NCBI GenBank assembly: GCA_964016885.1
Contig: OZ024744.1
Span: forward strand, 44,144,001-44,208,000
Reading direction: 5' to 3'
From: Eledone cirrhosa
Lineage: Eukaryota
Length of the DNA: 64,000 bases
Shown here: piece after piece, positions 37,712 through 52,003 of the stretch
Position numbering within the stretch: position 1 is the first letter of the stretch
How the letters are laid out: the number at the start of each line of letters is the position of its first letter
The notes under the pieces: model-generated
Database searches by the model: none
Seen by the model: only the letters and a program-made list of their open reading frames with translations
Told to the model about the DNA's origin: nothing
Translations under genes and position numbers: made by a program

Positions 37712-37838
37712 TAACTCTTTCTACTTTTGGCACGAGGCCAGCAATTATCTCAATGCATTACTGGTACTTTATTTTATCGACCCCGTAAGGATGAAAGGCA
37801 AAGTTAACCTCGACAGGATTTGAACTCAGATCATAAAG
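37712..37838 (-). mobile_element. Truncated SINE
   Basis: Same family core (ctggtactttattttatcgacccc..gatgaaaggc..atttgaactc). Confidence 0.8.
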
Positions 37839-37914
37839 GAAGGAGTACTCAATGCACAAGAATTAGGTAGGTGCTGTAATTTTACTTTTGTTGGAAGCCC
37901 AAGATATTGTCCCC

Positions 37915-38698
37915 GATCTGTTTCGCAGCCAAACAGCGATGCATTGCTCAAATCTGTGCTATCCTCATCAACCGGTACCCTTCTTGATGACGAGTGCACA
38001 CACATCTGAGTGACCCAACGCCCTGGCCTCCACGTTTGGGGTTCACATAAATACTGTTGTGGGGCTGTTGTTGGTGGGTTTGGGCTGCATCCACTATGAT
38101 GTCGCCAGAACGACATGCCGATCTCAATCACAAATTAAGAAGGACCCTGGATTCAGCTGGTTTCCCATCACAACTGGAGCCAGCAAGCCTCGGCAGCAGA
38201 GATGGCAAGCGCCCCGACGGAATTACCCTCTTTTCATTGGAAAGAGGCAAATCCCTCATCTAAGATGCTAAATGCTGTAATACGTTCTCCGCCCCTATTT
38301 TGTTTCTTTGGCCACAAACCCCGGTATTTCGGCCCACAATACAAAGGATAGGAAGACAAGTAAATACCGGGGCTTGTCTGGCCGCTTCCTCTCTGCACCG
38401 GTGACCGTCAAGAACTCAGTCGTCATCAGACCCCGTATTGCTAAGCTCCTCCGTAAAATCAGAACAGTAGCCCCTCTGAAGAACGAGCCCCGCTAGGTGG
38501 GGTGGCTGTTGCAGCGGTGTTGCTGGCCATTGTCCGCGGAAATGACCTTGCAGTTTTGTCCACGGTGTGCAGCCCAAACACCACCTGGCCCCAGACATCC
38601 CTCCTATCCCTCCTCCCTCTCTTCCGTGACCTCATAGTCTTTGTTTTATCCTACGTTTCCTCTCATTTATAACATTTATAGTCCTTTCTCCTACTTTC
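37915..38698 (+). mobile_element. CRE-like non-LTR retrotransposon 3' fragment (restriction-like endonuclease)
   Basis: [32 protein letters not shown]; homologous to the reverse complement of 44715-45420. Confidence 0.75.
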
Positions 38699-39429
38699 CT
38701 ATACAGTCAGATCTGCCCTTTCTGAAACTACGTTAGTAGTTGTTGTTGAAAATAAATAGGACAGAATAGTTAATGTCGGTTAGATATAAAATTTACTTCA
38801 CTTCAGTTAGAAAAGGAATATCATTACTACTAATCATAAAAGTACAATGTTGTATGTAAACATTCGTAAATGAATACCGTGTTGTTGAAGTTTTGTTGAA
38901 GATACTTTGTTTTATGTGTTATGCTGAAATAGAAGGTGGCAGGCTATCGTCCGTCATTACTATCACCATAGAAGTTAAAAGCCAAGTGACCAGGGAAGGT
39001 GTCGTCTCTTTTGTTACAGAAAATTCTCTCTCTGTCCTCGTTCCATGACAGCCTATTTATCGAACGCTGGTTATTTTTTGCTCAAAGGTCGATGACCTTC
39101 TGCTGTGTTCTTTTTCATAGGAATGGCCATGTCAGTGAGAGGAAACGCTGGAACATTTCATTCGCTACACACCATCATCAATTCAAGGGAATTAATTTGA
39201 AAAAAATGTGGGGGAAATAACTTCTATTTGACATTACGTTCTCTGACTACGGTTTAAACCTGGATTACAGAAGAAACGCTGGAACATTTCTTTCGCCATA
39301 TTAGTTCCCCGCCCAGATCGAAACGGTAGTGAAATAGAGAACCAATAACCTCGGACCAAAAACTGTCACCTACTTACCTTGTAAATAGAGAGAGAGGATA
39401 CGGTTACTCGACATATTGGGCATAGGAAG

Positions 39430-42400
39430 ATGGCCAGTACACATGTCGACCGGATCTCGTTCATGTTGTTGGCACAGAGTTAGGATTGCCGGTGCGTGGG
39501 AGCGTTGATGTTAGGTTAACCTGGTACGGTTAGGGTCCATTGAAATCCACATGAGTTTTTTTAGCCGGTAGACACTGAGTGTCCAAGATAAAATGCTTGG
39601 GTGTCTTTTTGAGTACCTGGTAGGGCCCTGGTTGCAAAGGAGCTCTGATAGTGTCTTTCTGACAAAAACGTCTGTCCGTTGCTGTATGTCAGATGGAATT
39701 TGAGTAGTGTTACTTTGAGGGCGAGGGGCAACAGATGGCAGGTTTGCCATGTGGGTCCACAGGTGATATATATAGTTCATTGGATCTAAGACGGGTAATA
39801 CCAATATCGTGCCATAAACCAGCGCAGCTGGCATAAAACCGAGTCCCTCTTTTACAGTGGAGCGAATTCCAAGAGTGATAAGGGGTAAAATGTCTAACTA
39901 GTTGCTGTTGTTGACATATGCTCTGAGAGAAGATTTTAATTGTGGATGGAAACGTTCCGCCATACCGTTAGCTGTAGGGTGATAAGCTGTTGTATTTATT
40001 CGGCTACAACCTAGGAGGCGTGTCAATTTGTTAAAAAGGTTCGGTTCGAACTGGCCGCTTCTGTCCATTGTGTTGGTAGAAGGTGTGCCATAACGCGAAA
40101 TCCAATGCTGTGCTAGTGCCTTGGCAATAGATTCAGCTGCAGTGTCGGAAAGGGGAATGGCCTCAGGCCACCGGGAGAATCTATCCGCACAGGTCAAAAG
40201 CTGAGTGCAACCCCTAACAGGAGGCAGTACTCTGACGATGTTAATATGTTGGAAACGCGTATCTGGTGTTTCGAAGGTTCCGAGAAGAGCCCTGATATCG
40301 TGGTGAATGTTTGTCTTTTGTCACTGGACGCAACGTCTGACCCATTCGATAGGTTGTGCAGCGCAGAAAAACCGATCGTTGATGCTTTAGAGGTACTTAA
40401 GGGCGCGCGTGACCCGTAGACACATCACACTAAATACCACCAGGAGAAAAAGGTAGAGGGGGGAGTTTGAAAGACAAGGAAGAAGATGAAGAATTTCGGA
40501 GTTTCAGGAGCTCCCCGTCGCCTGTTGGCAATATATCGGAGACTGATGGAAAAAGAGGTGTGCAGTGCACCCAAGAGTTAGCGAGAAAGGGCATCGGCTG
40601 CAGAGTTGTCTATATGGCGAATATCTGTAGTATATTGGGATATAAAATCCATTTGACACACTTCTCTAGGTGAGTGGGGGTCAGGCTTGGAATATAAAGC
40701 GTACGTGAGAGGTTTATAGTCCATGTAAATAGAAAACACAGAACCTTCTAACATGTGCCGGAAATGTCTCACACTGAGGTACGCTGCCAAACATTCCCGA
40801 CCGAATGTGCTATACTTTGTTTCAGCAGGTTTGAGTCGCCTAGAGAAGAATGAAATTGGTTGCCATGCATTGTTTACACATTGTTGGAGGACGCCACCGG
40901 CCCCGACATCCAATATATCGACGAACAGACAAAGCGGTGCGTCAGGTTTGAGATAAACCAACATTGTGGCCTCTGTCAAGACCCTCTTCATTTTAAGAAA
41001 AGCAGCTGCTTGTGCATCATCGAAAGTGATAAGCTGGTTCTTCCGTTTGCACTGCCTTAGGATGTCTGTTAGCGGCTGGAGAAACTCTGCACATCGAAGT
41101 ATGAATGGGCAGTAGAAGTTTATGAGGCCGAGGAGCTCACGTACTTTCCCCGGGTACGTTGGAGTGAGAAAATCTAAAATGGACTTAACTTTGTCGTGAC
41201 GGGGTCGGATTCCTTGTTCGTCGATGTTGTGTCCCAGAAAATCAAGAGAAGAAACACTGAAAAGGCATTTTCTGGGGTTGCTGATGACGCCAAACTAAGA
41301 AAAACGCCCGAAAAGCAATTGTAGGTTCCTTTCGTGTTCCTCACGAGATGTGCTGGCTATCAGCATATCATCAATATACGAGTAGACGTAGGGTAAACCA
41401 CGTACTACTGTGTCGATGAAACGCTGGAAGGTTGATGCAACATTGAGTAAACCGAATGGCAGTCTAAGAAACTCGAAGAGGGTGAAAGGAGTTGTAATGG
41501 CCGTTTTAAGAATGTCATCCGGTTCAACAGGAATCTGGTTGTACGCCCACACGAGGTCAATTATTGAAATGATCCTAGCACCATGTAGGGTAGCAGAGAA
41601 ATTCAGTGAGGTACAGGGTACTTATTGGGTTTTGTGTGTGTTAAAAAACTGATAGTCTCCACACGGTCGCCAATCACCTACAGATTTCTGGGAACCATGT
41701 GAAGAGGGGAAGACCAGCTGCTACTGTATGGACGATCAATGCCCAGTTCCAACACATGATCGAACTCTGCTTTAGCGATCTTAGCGTGGTCAGGAGCGAG
41801 TCACCATGGTTTAGCAGAATCCGGAGGGCCCTCAGTCACGATATGATGCGTAACACTGTGGGTCACCGGCCGACTGTTAAAAATAGGGTGTGAGATGTTA
41901 GGATGCCTGCTCAGAATAGCGTCGTATCTGCCAGACTGCCTGGTTTAAAAAAAACAAGGTTGAGGGAGGGTGCCATTGTGCTGATACCCCGATCATTCAG
42001 ACCAGTGGTGGAATTAATCAGTCTGTTGTGTTTAACGTCCACCAGGAGGCCAAAATGGAGTAGAAAATCCGCTTCTAGGATCGGAGTCAGCAACTTGGCG
42101 ATGACAAAAACCAACTGGAAAATTCGGCGGAGCCCAAGATCCAGAGTTAAGGACTTTTCTCCGCATGTGGGTATAACAGAGTGGTTCAGCATCTTGAGAA
42201 GGATTGCTGGGGGTTCCCTACTGCCTGGCACCAGGGCAGATGGTATGACTCTAACCTCCACCCCGGTGTCCACCAGAAACCGGTAGATCGGTCGCTAATG
42301 TGGAACAAGAGGCTAGATTTGGAAGAGCCAGGTGTAGTTGCCATCGTTTCTACCTGGCCACGTCGTTACCCGGAACATGACGGGAATCCCTTCTAAAAGA

Positions 42401-43150
42401 ACAGGGCAATAGGTATTTACGGCCCCTTTCACCGAATTTACTGTGGTGATAGCATAAGGGATCGGTCGCTCGGATCTCGCGGGCGCTGATGTAAATCGCG
42501 CCGAGATGAGCTGGCGTTGCTGCGAGGCTGTATCTGCAGTTTAGCCATAAGTGCGTTCAATTGTGCCTCTTGTCTCATCTCCGAGACAGAAGACGAGGAA
42601 GGAGAAAAAGGAAAAAACGAGGAAGAAAGAGGGGAAGAAAATGAACTTATTAGTGGATGTGTGTGTCTCTCTTGGGCCACAAATGACCGTGGTGCTGCTA
42701 CCTCCATTATTCTATCAGCTGAATCCGCTAGCACCTCGATTTGGGTGGATGCTTTACTGGCCGCCAAAATGCCGCGAGTTGCTGGCAGCAGCCTTTGTAG
42801 GAAAAGTTGTTTCAAGATGGCCGACTCCATGGTGTTCTCTCCCAACAGTTGTTTTAACTGTCTTAAGAACTGTAACGGTTTCCTATCGCTTAACGCTCTC
42901 GAATAAAGAAGCTGGTTAATCTTTTGCTGCTGAGAGAGGGATGTCCGCTTTACAAGTTCGGACCTTAAGGTGGCATATGAATATGTACCTGGTGGGGCTG
43001 TAAGCAAATCCTGGATCTTCTGCAGGCTTTCAAGGGGAAGTGGCCAGACAAAAGGAGAAATTTTGGTCCTGTCTACCGGAACATTATGTGTTTGAAATTG
43101 GACCTCGATATATCTGAACCAAATCCTCCTCTAGTTAGAATGTTCTTCCT
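39430..43150 (-). mobile_element. Ty3/Gypsy LTR-retrotransposon internal region, decayed (gag-PR-RT-RH-IN), LTRs not seen
   Basis: gag 42438-43007; protease DTGVEV 41911-42290; RT AYNQIPV..LPFGL..YIDD 41295-41552; RNase H 40578-40991; integrase DRFSRWPEA..TAYHPTANGMAERF 39898-40197. Confidence 0.93.
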
Positions 43151-43571
43151 CTTGTTGCCTGACGTGGACTGTAGAGGCTCTGATTCATTGATCAACTCAC
43201 GGTTAAGTGAAGTATTACTAGTGTTATTATTATCAATAGTTACTTTGGTATTACTAAAGAAATGCAATATAGTCGCTTGCTTTTTCTCACTCATTATGGG
43301 TTTATTTCATTGGAATCTAAGAACAAACAAAGCTATCAAAGCCAAATAAAATAAAACAATCGGATGAGAATCGGTATTTGCGGAGCCGGATGACTGTTGT
43401 AATGGTAGAAACAATACTGAAGCATACATGCATCATATTGTCGATAGATGACACATATATGTAAAATTCATGGATGTTAGTTCTTTACTGAGGAGGATTT
43501 TGTTTAGGGGAAGGGAGCTATAAAATATATTTTAACCTAATATTAATTTTGTTTTATTATTAATAGTTGGA

Positions 43572-43797
43572 TTAGGGCGGTGGATTGGCAGTATAGGTAG
43601 AGGGTCGGAAGCCATGGTTTGCAGCTTAGAGTTACGGCCCTTTATAATCTGAGTTCAAACCCCGCCGAGGTTACCTTTGCCTTTCATCTTTACGGGGTCG
43701 ATAAAATAAAGTACTAGTCACGCACTAGTGTCGATTTAATCGACTTTCTCCTCCCCCAAAATTGCTGGCCTTGTGCCTATATAAGAAACCATTATTA
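43572..43797 (+). mobile_element. Near full-length tRNA-derived SINE
   Basis: A-box-like tggcagtataggtag, B-box gagttcaaacc, core gcctttcatc..ggggtcgataaaataaagtac; flanking tattaata repeat. Confidence 0.85.
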
Positions 43798-44714
43798 ATA
43801 AGACATAGAAATTGCAAATAATGTCCAAATCTTTCTGCGGACCACCAACATTTTCTATCGGACCACCAGTTGGCCACCGCTGCTTTAAACTGTAGTCAGA
43901 GAAAGTAATGTCAAATGGAAGTTATTTCCCCTATATTTTTTCAAATTAATTCCCTTGAATTAATGATGGTGTGTAGCGAATGAAATGTTCCAGCGTTTCC
44001 TCTCACTGACATGGCCATCCCTATGAAAGAGAACGCAGCAGGAGGTCATCGATGTTTGATCAAAGAGTAAATAGGCTGTCATGGAACGAGGACAGAGAGA
44101 GAATTTTCTGTTACAAAAGAGACGACACCTTCCCTGGTCACTTTACTTTTAACTTCTATGGTGATAGTAATGACGGACACCTGTCACCTATTTCAGCATA
44201 AAACATAAATCAAAGTATCTTCAATAAAACTTCAAAAACGCGGTATTCATTTACGAATGTTTACATACAACTTTGTACTTTTATGATTAGAAGTAATCAT
44301 ATTCCTTTTTCCTTTTCTAACTGAAGTGAAGTAAATTTTATATCTAACCAAAATTAACTATTCTGTCCTGTTTATTTTCAACAACAACTAACTCCGTTTC
44401 ACTTCAAATATCTGGGCGTTCTAGTTTAATATTGAAATGTGTCTTAGTCTAGTGAATGAGATGGTCCACTTGTTAGAAATAGCAGTCGAATCCACTGCTT
44501 TTTCGAGTGAGGGACACACTTTATGCTCAGTTAGGACACCTTTAAAGCTACTCTCGTTCTTAGTTGACTTGCAGCTAAACATAACCAGCACTAGCGTCAA
44601 TAATATCAACAACAGTAAAACCACCACTAATAACAATTACAACACCACCACCAACAACAACAATACCACAACCACCAGCACCACCACCACTACCAGAATA
44701 AAAAAAAAACATCA

Positions 44715-46400
44715 AAGTAGGACAAAGGGCTATAAATACTATAAATGAGAGGAAACGGAGGGTAAAACTAAGATTATGAGGTCGCAGAAGAGAGGGAGGG
44801 GGATAGGCTTTATGTCTGGGGCCAGGTTTTGTTTAGGCTACACACCACAGACAATACTGGAAACACATTTCCGCGGACAATGGCCAGCAACAGCGCCGCA
44901 ACAGCCACCCCACCTGCCAAGGTTCTTGACAGTGACCGGTATAAAAGGGGAAGCGGCCGGACAAGCCCTGGTATTTACTTGTCTTCCTATCCTCTGCAAT
45001 GTGGGCTGAAATACAGGGGTTTGTGGCGGCGAACGTATTACAGCATTTAGCGTCTTAGATTAGGGATTTACCTCTTTCGAATGAAAAGAGGGTAATTCCG
45101 TCGGGGCGCTTGCCGTCTCCACGGTCAAGGCTTGCTGGCCCCAGTTGTGATGGGAAAGAAGCTGAGTCCAGGGTCGTTCTCAGTATGTCGTTGAGATCGG
45201 CATGTCGGGAGAACCGACCTGCGTTCTAGCGGCATGACAGTGGATGCAGCTCACCCTCGCCAACGACAGCCCCACAACAGTATTTATGTGAATCCCACAC
45301 GTGGCGGCCGAGACGTTGGGTCACTCCTATGTGTATGCACTCGTCATCCAGAAGGGTACTGGTTGATGAGGAGAGCACATAATTGAGCCATGTATCGCTG
45401 TTTGGCTGCGAAAGTGATCGGAGGCAAGCGTGGCAGTGTTGATCGAAGCCAGACCCGTTCCGGCTGAAGGAAGATCTGCACTTGATTCCGACCCAGTTAC
45501 TTTGGAACTTTGTATACTGCGAAACAAAGAGCCCTTCGCCTGTTCAGTCGTTCGCGGCCTGCTCTGGTTATGTGGTCACGTCAGATTTGGCTGTCTTGCT
45601 GAGAACTTCGCTGACGAGGATGTGACTAGAGGAGATTGAGGAGAGGTAGGCCAGCAGTGCCAAATCCGAAGCGGATCGGAAGTCGAGGCCACCGAAGCTC
45701 GCTGGAAGCTTCACCTCTTCCCAGTCGGCGATGTCGAAACTGACATTGCAGATGAGTTTTGCACAGCGTCGGTTGGTAGCATCGAGTTCCCCGAGGTAAT
45801 CTGTGGGTGGGTAACAAGGTGCACCACGCAGCGTCAACTGACATTTTGGAAGGGCAAAGCAGTTTCTCAATAAGGTGAGCGTCGATGAGGCACAGCCTCA
45901 CTGCCATTCGTGACAGGTCTGCATGCTTGGTCTCCAGGCACTCTTTATGGATTTCGAGAGAATTGGAGAGCCGAGAATGCAGGCGGCATCTTTGGGCGTT
46001 AGGAGAGCACCGGACAAGACGGAATTGATGCTGAGTACGATGTCATGGAATTCCGCCTCCCCGTGGCTAATATTAATCACCTCGGATATGGGTGGGATGA
46101 TCTCGAGTTCGAGGAGCTAGGCTGATTAGCCGAAGATCTTCAACTATCGTCTCAGCCGAGCCAATCATGGTCGAGTTTTTCATAACCAAATGTTGAAGGG
46201 CGCCGGACAGCGTGTGACGTGGTCAACTGCCAGTGCAAAAAGAGACGGGCTGAGTGTGTCTCCATGCTGGACACCCGTAGCGGAAGTAACCTTGTCAACG
46301 AACATGTGTATACTGGGTCTTCCGTACGGGAGATGAGCTAGAAGGTCAATTATGGGTGCTCGTCAGAGACACGTTTCTATGACGTGATCTCGCCTAAAGC
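44715..46400 (-). mobile_element. CRE-like LINE fragment (RT + RLE), decayed
   Basis: [50 protein letters not shown]. Confidence 0.8.
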
Positions 46401-46462
46401 TTGCTTGGTATACTTACAGCTAGCTTCTACTAGGATCTTGAAGTGTTAAAACTACGTTCTTA

Positions 46463-46644
46463 ATAATTGTTTCTACTTTTGGCACAATGCCAGCAATTAT
46501 GCCAGTGTATTACTGGTACTTTATTTTATCGACCCCGTAATGATGAAAGGCAATGTTAACCTCGGCGGGATTTGAACTCAGACCATAAAGGGCCGTAACT
46601 CTGCAAAGCATGACGTCCGACCCTCTACCGATACTGCCAATCCA
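46463..46644 (-). mobile_element. SINE
   Basis: Reverse-complement homolog of 43572-43797. Confidence 0.8.
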
Positions 46645-47302
46645 ATAATGTAATACAAGTTGAATCATAGCGGTAAGTTATCAGTAGATGAGGAGACAAA
46701 AGTCTCTGATACACGTACAAATAATCACTTATATTTTCTATTAAAAACAACTCTAGTTATATCTAAACCTAGTTTATCTTAAATCTTGTAAAATAACATT
46801 GTTCTGTATATATTATATAATTATTTACATTTCCAAATAAATAATTGTCATACAATTTAGCCTGATATTTCATTTATTCTCTGAAAACCAGTCCTTAGGT
46901 GCCCCAGTCTGGCCGTAAAATACAGGTCACAACTGAAACATAGCTCAGACTAGGGTGTAGAGTCCCCCTCCCCCTGTGTCTCTTTGTTTCGTAGCTTGAT
47001 TCTCTTTTTTCTTTATCTTCTTTCCTTTTTTTAATTTAAATATCATTTGTTTACAGATATTTTGAAGTCCAGTGTATGTCCGACATTCGCGGTCGCGGTT
47101 ATTTTCCTGAGAATTTAAATAATAATTGTTTGTGGAAACCACCGTATATTCGCGGAGTCGTAGATATCTGCCATGATGTTTTTATGGCTTTTTTCGTGGC
47201 AATATATATATTTTTAACTCTAAATTATCAAGAACATTATACTATATTGGCCGGCCTATTGGACGCTCCCTCTTTTTTAAAAAATTATATTGTACGTTAT
47301 AT

Positions 47303-48510
47303 TTTAAAAAAAACAAGGTTGAGGGAGGGTGCCATTGTGCTGATACCCCGATCATTCAGACCAGTGGTGGAATTAATCAGTCTGTTGTGTTTAACGTCCA
47401 CCAGGAGGCCAAAATGGAGTAGAAAATCCGCTTCTAGGATCGGAGTCAGCAACTTGGCGATGACAAAAACCAACTGGAAAATTCGGCGGAGCCCAAGATC
47501 CAGAGTTAAGGACTTTTCTCCGCATGTGGGTATAACAGAGTGGTTCAGCATCTTGAGAAGGATTGCTGGGGGTTCCCTACTGCCTGGCACCAGGGCAGAT
47601 GGTATGACTCTAACCTCCACCCCGGTGTCCACCAGAAACCGGTAGATCGGTCGCTAATGTGGAACAAGAGGCTAGATTTGGAAGAGCCAGGTGTAGTTGC
47701 CATCGTTTCTACCTGGCCACGTCGTTACCCGGAACATGACGGGAATCCCTTCTAAAAGAACAGGGCAATAGGTATTTACGGCCCCTTTCACCGAATTTAC
47801 TGTGGTGATAGCATAAGGGATCGGTCGCTCGGATCTCGCGGGCGCTGATGTAAATCGCGCCGAGATGAGCTGGCGTTGCTGCGAGGCTGTATCTGCAGTT
47901 TAGCCATAAGTGCGTTCAATTGTGCCTCTTGTCTCATCTCCGAGACAGAAGACGAGGAAGGAGAAAAAGGAAAAAACGAGGAAGAAAGAGGGGAAGAAAA
48001 TGAACTTATTAGTGGATGTGTGTGTCTCTCTTGGGCCACAAATGACCGTGGTGCTGCTACCTCCATTATTCTATCAGCTGAATCCGCTAGCACCTCGATT
48101 TGGGTGGATGCTTTACTGGCCGCCAAAATGCCGCGAGTTGCTGGCAGCAGCCTTTGTAGGAAAAGTTGTTTCAAGATGGCCGACTCCATGGTGTTCTCTC
48201 CCAACAGTTGTTTTAACTGTCTTAAGAACTGTAACGGTTTCCTATCGCTTAACGCTCTCGAATAAAGAAGCTGGTTAATCTTTTGCTGCTGAGAGAGGGA
48301 TGTCCGCTTTACAAGTTCGGACCTTAAGGTGGCATATGAATATGTACCTGGTGGGGCTGTAAGCAAATCCTGGATCTTCTGCAGGCTTTCAAGGGGAAGT
48401 GGCCAGACAAAAGGAGAAATTTTGGTCCTGTCTACCGGAACATTATGTGTTTGAAATTGGACCTCGATATATCTGAACCAAATCCTCCTCTAGTTAGAAT
48501 GTTCTTCCTC
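47303..48510 (-). mobile_element. Duplicated Gypsy gag-protease fragment
   Basis: Identical to 41944-43150. Confidence 0.9.
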
Positions 48511-48930
48511 TTGTTGCCTGACGTGGACTGTAGAGGCTCTGATTCATTGATCAACTCACGGTTAAGTGAAGTATTACTAGTGTTATTATTATCAATAGTT
48601 ACTTTGGTATTACTAAAGAAATGCAATATAGTCGCTTGCTTTTTCTCACTCATTATGGGTTTATTTCATTGGAATCTAAGAACAAACAAAGCTATCAAAG
48701 CCAAATAAAATAAAACAATCGGATGAGAATCGGTATTTGCGGAGCCGGATGACTGTTGTAATGGTAGAAACAATACTGAAGCATACATGCATCATATTGT
48801 CGATAGATGACACATATATGTAAAATTCATGGATGTTAGTTCTTTACTGAGGAGGATTTTGTTTAGGGGAAGGGAGCTATAAAATATATTTTAACCTAAT
48901 ATTAATTTTGTTTTATTATTAATAGTTGGA

Positions 48931-49156
48931 TTAGGGCGGTGGATTGGCAGTATAGGTAGAGGGTCGGAAGCCATGGTTTGCAGCTTAGAGTTACGGCCCT
49001 TTATAATCTGAGTTCAAACCCCGCCGAGGTTACCTTTGCCTTTCATCTTTACGGGGTCGATAAAATAAAGTACTAGTCACGCACTAGTGTCGATTTAATC
49101 GACTTTCTCCTCCCCCAAAATTGCTGGCCTTGTGCCTATATAAGAAACCATTATTA
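48931..49156 (+). mobile_element. SINE (duplicate of 43572-43797)
   Basis: Identical, +5359. Confidence 0.85.
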
Positions 49157-50073
49157 ATAAGACATAGAAATTGCAAATAATGTCCAAATCTTTCTGCGGA
49201 CCACCAACATTTTCTATCGGACCACCAGTTGGCCACCGCTGCTTTAAACTGTAGTCAGAGAAAGTAATGTCAAATGGAAGTTATTTCCCCTATATTTTTT
49301 CAAATTAATTCCCTTGAATTAATGATGGTGTGTAGCGAATGAAATGTTCCAGCGTTTCCTCTCACTGACATGGCCATCCCTATGAAAGAGAACGCAGCAG
49401 GAGGTCATCGATGTTTGATCAAAGAGTAAATAGGCTGTCATGGAACGAGGACAGAGAGAGAATTTTCTGTTACAAAAGAGACGACACCTTCCCTGGTCAC
49501 TTTACTTTTAACTTCTATGGTGATAGTAATGACGGACACCTGTCACCTATTTCAGCATAAAACATAAATCAAAGTATCTTCAATAAAACTTCAAAAACGC
49601 GGTATTCATTTACGAATGTTTACATACAACTTTGTACTTTTATGATTAGAAGTAATCATATTCCTTTTTCCTTTTCTAACTGAAGTGAAGTAAATTTTAT
49701 ATCTAACCAAAATTAACTATTCTGTCCTGTTTATTTTCAACAACAACTAACTCCGTTTCACTTCAAATATCTGGGCGTTCTAGTTTAATATTGAAATGTG
49801 TCTTAGTCTAGTGAATGAGATGGTCCACTTGTTAGAAATAGCAGTCGAATCCACTGCTTTTTCGAGTGAGGGACACACTTTATGCTCAGTTAGGACACCT
49901 TTAAAGCTACTCTCGTTCTTAGTTGACTTGCAGCTAAACATAACCAGCACTAGCGTCAATAATATCAACAACAGTAAAACCACCACTAATAACAATTACA
50001 ACACCACCACCAACAACAACAATACCACAACCACCAGCACCACCACCACTACCAGAATAAAAAAAAAACATCA

Positions 50074-51759
50074 AAGTAGGACAAAGGGCTATAAATACTA
50101 TAAATGAGAGGAAACGGAGGGTAAAACTAAGATTATGAGGTCGCAGAAGAGAGGGAGGGGGATAGGCTTTATGTCTGGGGCCAGGTTTTGTTTAGGCTAC
50201 ACACCACAGACAATACTGGAAACACATTTCCGCGGACAATGGCCAGCAACAGCGCCGCAACAGCCACCCCACCTGCCAAGGTTCTTGACAGTGACCGGTA
50301 TAAAAGGGGAAGCGGCCGGACAAGCCCTGGTATTTACTTGTCTTCCTATCCTCTGCAATGTGGGCTGAAATACAGGGGTTTGTGGCGGCGAACGTATTAC
50401 AGCATTTAGCGTCTTAGATTAGGGATTTACCTCTTTCGAATGAAAAGAGGGTAATTCCGTCGGGGCGCTTGCCGTCTCCACGGTCAAGGCTTGCTGGCCC
50501 CAGTTGTGATGGGAAAGAAGCTGAGTCCAGGGTCGTTCTCAGTATGTCGTTGAGATCGGCATGTCGGGAGAACCGACCTGCGTTCTAGCGGCATGACAGT
50601 GGATGCAGCTCACCCTCGCCAACGACAGCCCCACAACAGTATTTATGTGAATCCCACACGTGGCGGCCGAGACGTTGGGTCACTCCTATGTGTATGCACT
50701 CGTCATCCAGAAGGGTACTGGTTGATGAGGAGAGCACATAATTGAGCCATGTATCGCTGTTTGGCTGCGAAAGTGATCGGAGGCAAGCGTGGCAGTGTTG
50801 ATCGAAGCCAGACCCGTTCCGGCTGAAGGAAGATCTGCACTTGATTCCGACCCAGTTACTTTGGAACTTTGTATACTGCGAAACAAAGAGCCCTTCGCCT
50901 GTTCAGTCGTTCGCGGCCTGCTCTGGTTATGTGGTCACGTCAGATTTGGCTGTCTTGCTGAGAACTTCGCTGACGAGGATGTGACTAGAGGAGATTGAGG
51001 AGAGGTAGGCCAGCAGTGCCAAATCCGAAGCGGATCGGAAGTCGAGGCCACCGAAGCTCGCTGGAAGCTTCACCTCTTCCCAGTCGGCGATGTCGAAACT
51101 GACATTGCAGATGAGTTTTGCACAGCGTCGGTTGGTAGCATCGAGTTCCCCGAGGTAATCTGTGGGTGGGTAACAAGGTGCACCACGCAGCGTCAACTGA
51201 CATTTTGGAAGGGCAAAGCAGTTTCTCAATAAGGTGAGCGTCGATGAGGCACAGCCTCACTGCCATTCGTGACAGGTCTGCATGCTTGGTCTCCAGGCAC
51301 TCTTTATGGATTTCGAGAGAATTGGAGAGCCGAGAATGCAGGCGGCATCTTTGGGCGTTAGGAGAGCACCGGACAAGACGGAATTGATGCTGAGTACGAT
51401 GTCATGGAATTCCGCCTCCCCGTGGCTAATATTAATCACCTCGGATATGGGTGGGATGATCTCGAGTTCGAGGAGCTAGGCTGATTAGCCGAAGATCTTC
51501 AACTATCGTCTCAGCCGAGCCAATCATGGTCGAGTTTTTCATAACCAAATGTTGAAGGGCGCCGGACAGCGTGTGACGTGGTCAACTGCCAGTGCAAAAA
51601 GAGACGGGCTGAGTGTGTCTCCATGCTGGACACCCGTAGCGGAAGTAACCTTGTCAACGAACATGTGTATACTGGGTCTTCCGTACGGGAGATGAGCTAG
51701 AAGGTCAATTATGGGTGCTCGTCAGAGACACGTTTCTATGACGTGATCTCGCCTAAAGC
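50074..51759 (-). mobile_element. CRE-like LINE fragment (duplicate)
   Basis: Identical, +5359. Confidence 0.8.
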
Positions 51760-51821
51760 TTGCTTGGTATACTTACAGCTAGCTTCTACTAGGATCTTGA
51801 AGTGTTAAAACTACGTTCTTA

Positions 51822-52003
51822 ATAATTGTTTCTACTTTTGGCACAATGCCAGCAATTATGCCAGTGTATTACTGGTACTTTATTTTATCGACCCCGTAAT
51901 GATGAAAGGCAATGTTAACCTCGGCGGGATTTGAACTCAGACCATAAAGGGCCGTAACTCTGCAAAGCATGACGTCCGACCCTCTACCGATACTGCCAAT
52001 CCA
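51822..52003 (-). mobile_element. SINE (duplicate of 46463-46644)
   Basis: Identical, +5359. Confidence 0.8.

Noticed and set aside
43572-43670. tRNA gene
   Set aside because: A/B boxes belong to a SINE head; no cloverleaf, and the sequence continues into the SINE core.
43830-43882. hAT-like terminus (reverse complement cagcggtggccaac) with ggaccacca repeats
   Set aside because: Only one end is visible and there is no TSD; too short to support a call.
44437-44748. T/N-rich ORF
   Set aside because: Product of an (ACC/AAC)n trinucleotide tract with no domain features.
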